From: Tubulanus polymorphus
Lineage: Eukaryota; Animalia; Nemertea
Assembly (NCBI RefSeq): GCF_964204645.1
Contig: NC_134034.1
Coordinates: 6,236,914-6,300,913 of the forward strand
Direction of reading: 5' to 3'
DNA length: 64,000 nucleotides
A model generated the notes under the pieces. The model did not search any database. It saw only the letters and a list, made by a program, of their open reading frames with translations, and was not told the DNA's origin. Both the position numbers and the translations under genes were made by a program. Of the stretch, positions 60,009 to 64,000 are shown piece after piece. How positions within the stretch are numbered: position 1 is the first letter of the stretch; every line of letters starts with the position of its first letter.

Positions 60009-63000
60009 TAGGGTTTTCTGTTATTTCACAGAAAACCCTATTGATATCCGCGTGATTATTATAAGGGTTTTCTGTTATCTCACAGAAAACCCTATTGATA
60101 GCCGCGTGATTATTATTAGGGTTTTCTGTTATTTCACAAAAAACCCTATTGATATCCGCGTGATTATTATTATTATTATTTTCTTCCACACTATTTTTAC
60201 CAAAAGAACATAGGCTTTGTTACCTTACCGCTGTTTCATATACAATCCATATAATATCGTTCAGCTCACTGAGATCTACAAATAGCCCGCGTGTTTTTTC
60301 ACGAATCATCGTTACAAAAGCGCTGTCGGGCCGTAAACATCGAAAATTTAGCCCCATTCAATGGGGCGACATGTTTTTCGAGTCGTCATCCCGAAATCAA
60401 CCCGCAGGCCGACTGTCACTTCGATTATCAATTCAAGTATAAATGAACTAATTTATTGCCGCATACTTCAAATTCAGTCGCGGTCTTCAAACAGTGATTT
60501 TAACAATAGCCCATTTTCCTCATCAAATCATATTACCGATACACTGGAAATTTACTACTTTAGATTTTAAAAGCACTGTCGAGCCGTAAACATCGACGAA
60601 TCGACGTGTGTTACTACATCGTCGTTCCGGGGATCAGCTGCGAGTTTTTCCTCATCATGAGAATCAAATCGAGTACAAATTAATTTATTACTACCAGTGA
60701 TTTGGATTCGGGTTTCAAGGAGTTAGTATAGCAATACCTATTTTTCTTACCGAATTAACCGTGTATTTACTAAGATAAATCTTTAGTGTACCGGGGAATC
60801 GTAGGCCTAAACTAAACACGCCGAAGAGATATAGCGGAGAAAAGCTGTTATGTCGACGAGGTATCAAAATAAAAGAATATATTACTTTATTCGGCCGCGG
60901 ACTTCAACCTCTATATCAATACCATCAATACTCTATATTTCCTACAGTACATACCGATCATTGTCAAATGCACAAGGTATTTACTAAATACAAGTATATA
61001 ACACACTCCTTTCCGTATGCTGGACTCACACTTGACATTCGGAGTAAGCGTTCGCTGTGGAGGAAAGGAGATCGTTCGCTGTGTCGCTTGAAGTGTTTAT
61101 CGAGTTTTACGCGACCTTAAGGCTTTAGTATGGTGGCTGATAAGATAAAAAAACACGAATATGCAAATGAGGGCGACATTACAACAAAACGACAAAACTA
61201 AAATAAAGCGAGAAAACAATGATTTTGATTTTGTCGCCCGCGACAATTCATTATTTTGGTTTTGTCACACGCGACAATTCAATATTTTGTTTTTATCGCC
61301 CGCGACAATTCATTATTTTGGTTTTATCGCTTGCGAAAATTCATTATTTTGGTTTTGTCGCCCGCGAAAATTCAATATTTTGGTTTTATCGCCCGCGATA
61401 ATTCATTATTTTGGTTTTGTCGCCCGAGACAATTCATTATTTTGGTTTTATCGCCGGCGACAATTCATTATTACGGTTTTATCACCTGCGACAATTCATT
61501 TTTTTGGTTTTGTCGCCCGAGACAATTCACCATTTTGGTTTTATCGCCCGCGACAATTCATTAGTTTGGTTTTGTCGCCCGCGACAATTCAATATTTTGG
61601 TTTTGTCGCCCGCGACGATTCAATATTTTGGTTTTATCGCCCACGACAATTCATTACTTTGGTTTTATCTGCAGCGACAATTCATTATTTTGGTTTTGTC
61701 GCCCGCGACAATTCTTCTTTTTGGTTTTGTCGCCCACGACAATTCATTATTTTGGTTTTGTCGCCCACGACAATTCACCATTTTGGTTTCGTCGCCCGCG
61801 ACAATTCACCATTATGGTTTTGTCACCCGTGACAATTCATTATTTTGGTTTTATCGTCCGCGACAATTCATTATTTTGGTTTTGTCGCCCCGACAATTCT
61901 TTTTTTGGTTTTGTCGCCCGCGACAATTCAATATTTTGGTTTTGTGGCCCGCGACAATTCATTATTTTGGTTTAATCGCCCGCGACAATTCAATATTTTG
62001 TTTTTATCGCCCGCGATAATTCATTATTTTGGTTTTATCGCCCGAGACAATTCATAGTTTGGTTTTATCGCCCGCGACAATTCATTAGTTTGGTTTTGTC
62101 GCCCGCGACAATTCAATATTTTGGTTTTATCGCCCGTGACAATTCATAGTTTGGTTTTATCGCCGCCGACAATTCATTAGTTTGGTTTTGTCGCCTGTGA
62201 CAATTCAATATTTTGGTTTTATCACCCGCGACAATTCATTAGTTTGGTTTTATCGCCCGCGACAAATCATTACTTTGGTCTTATCTCCAGCGACAATTCA
62301 TTATTTTGGTTTTATCGCCCCGACAATTCTTTTTTTGGTTTTGTCGCCCGCGAGAATTCATTATTTTGGTTTTATATTTTGTTTTTGTCGCCCGCGACAA
62401 TTTTTTTTTGGTTTTGTCGCCCGCGACAATTCATTATTTTGGTTTTATCGCCCGCGACAATTCAATATTTTGGTTTTATCGCCCGCGATAATTCATTATT
62501 TTGGTTTTTTTGCCCGCGACAATTCATTATTTTGGTTTTGTCGCACGAGACAATCCATTATTTTGGTTTTATCGCCCGAAGAAAATTATGAAGACGCTTT
62601 GATCAATTACCTTGATCTTACGTTTATATTTGAATCTACCAAAGGCGCATCAGCATAAGAAAATTGGGTCGATCTGACTCAAGATGGCCGTCCTATGACC
62701 TTTTTAGTGCCCAAAAATGTCAATTTTGGCCAGAATTCTAGGTCCTGTAGCTTCCTACTGGTTTGCCATTTCTCATTGCAATTGCTGATGGATATTCTTT
62801 AGCGAGGGATATTTTATACCTGGGACAGGTATTTTTGATCAGCCAATTATGACGCAATTGGCGGCCATCTTGGTGTCATCAGTACTCATTCGTAGGTGGG
62901 AAAAAGTTTTTCCACAATTAATTGATACCTAAGCATATTGTGTTACTATATTCAATTGGAAAGTTGTAGCCCATAACGTGTTCTATGATTTTGGTGACTT

Positions 63001-64000
63001 TCAAGGTCATTGGTTTTTGTATGTGGCCATCAGGGGGCGTTGAATAATACAATAACTTAGTATTGCTATATTATATTTGTACCAAGGCAAATTTTGTTAC
63101 CATGATCAATGGCAAAGTTGTAGTTCATGACATCGTCTATGATTGTGGTGAGTTTTTAAGGACATTAGTTATTCTATATAGTCACCAGGGGGCGTTGAAT
63201 AGTAGAAAAGCTTAGTTTTTCCTTATTAGATTGGTACCTAGGCATAGTTTGTTACCATGATCCATTGCAAAGTTGTAGTTCATGACATCGTCTATGATTG
63301 TGGTGAGTTTTTAAGGACATTAGTTATTCCATATAGTCACCAGGGGGCGCTGAATAGTAGAATGGCTTAGTATTTCCTTATTAGATTGGTACCTAGGCAT
63401 ATTTTGTTACCATGAGCAATTGCAAAGTTGTATTTCATGACATGTACTACGATTGAGGTGAGTTTTAAGGTCATTGGGTTTTGCATATGGTCACCAGGGG
63501 GCATTGAATAGTAGAATAACTTAGTATTTCCGTATTAAATTGGTAACGAGGCATATTTTGTTATCACAATCAATTACAAAATCATAGCTGCTCACATGTT
63601 CTATGATTGTGGTGGGTTTCAAAGTCATTGGTTTTTGTATATGGTCACTAGAGGGCGTTATGTATTGAAATTGTTAGATTGTTGAGCATTTGAAACCACT
63701 GCCCAAGTGAGCATGGTGTCCCTGGACCCCTAGTTTGGTTTTGTCGCCCGCGACAATTCATTATTTTGGTTTTATCGCCCGCGACAATTCATTATTTTGG
63801 TTTTACCGCCCGCGACAATTCGTTATTTTGGTTTTGTCGCCCGACAATTCTTTTTTTTGGTTTTGTCGACCGCGACAATTCATTAGTTTGGTTTTGTCGC
63901 CCACGACAATTCAATATTTTGGTTTTGTCGCCCGCGACAATTCAATATTTTGGTTTTATCGCCCACGACAATTCATTACTTTGGTTTTATCTGCAGCGAC
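60009..64000 (+). mobile_element. HINE family B unit 4, runs off the window; satellite at 61222-62580 and 63734-64000
   Basis: Three stacked 5' hairpins (60009-60150), then collinear with unit 1. Confidence 0.75.
62581..63733 (+). mobile_element. 5'-truncated HINE family A copy in the satellite
   Basis: Shares variants and 3' junction with 56231-57471. Confidence 0.8.

Noticed and set aside
50150-64000. 31-bp partly palindromic repeats as a CRISPR array, or the many long ORFs over them as proteins
   Set aside because: Monomers are contiguous with no unique spacers and there are no cas genes; the ORFs are open in all three frames only because the 31-mer lacks stops.

Overview
Repeat-rich nuclear DNA from an animal, probably a marine invertebrate (the taxon cannot be fixed from the sequence). 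(1) 11.7-27.4 kb holds the last eight coding exons of a MINDY4 (FAM188B) deubiquitinase on the + strand. The introns and flanks are packed with Gypsy and BEL/Pao relics, a hAT transposase pseudogene, piggyBac/Harbinger/mariner-type MITEs and Helentron-type (HINE/DINE-1-like) elements. (2) 31.9-36.6 kb holds Penelope-like retroelement relics with minimal hammerhead ribozyme motifs. (3) 34.1-35.2 kb and 36.6-46.8 kb are a very AT-rich, decayed endogenous Polinton/adintovirus-like virus: protein-primed PolB, a penton-like minor capsid gene, zinc-finger genes and small membrane proteins. (4) 46.8-64 kb is a head-to-tail array of HINE elements carrying a 31-bp satellite. The standout is that the viral PolB is split at its catalytic YxD|TD motif by a ~355-codon intein with a two-motif LAGLIDADG homing endonuclease resembling giant-virus PolB inteins. 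In addition, most viral ORFs start in a poxvirus-late-like TAAATG motif preceded by a T-run. Together these suggest (inference) an animal Polinton-like virus that lived as a virophage-like hyperparasite of a cytoplasmic large DNA virus and acquired an intein from it.
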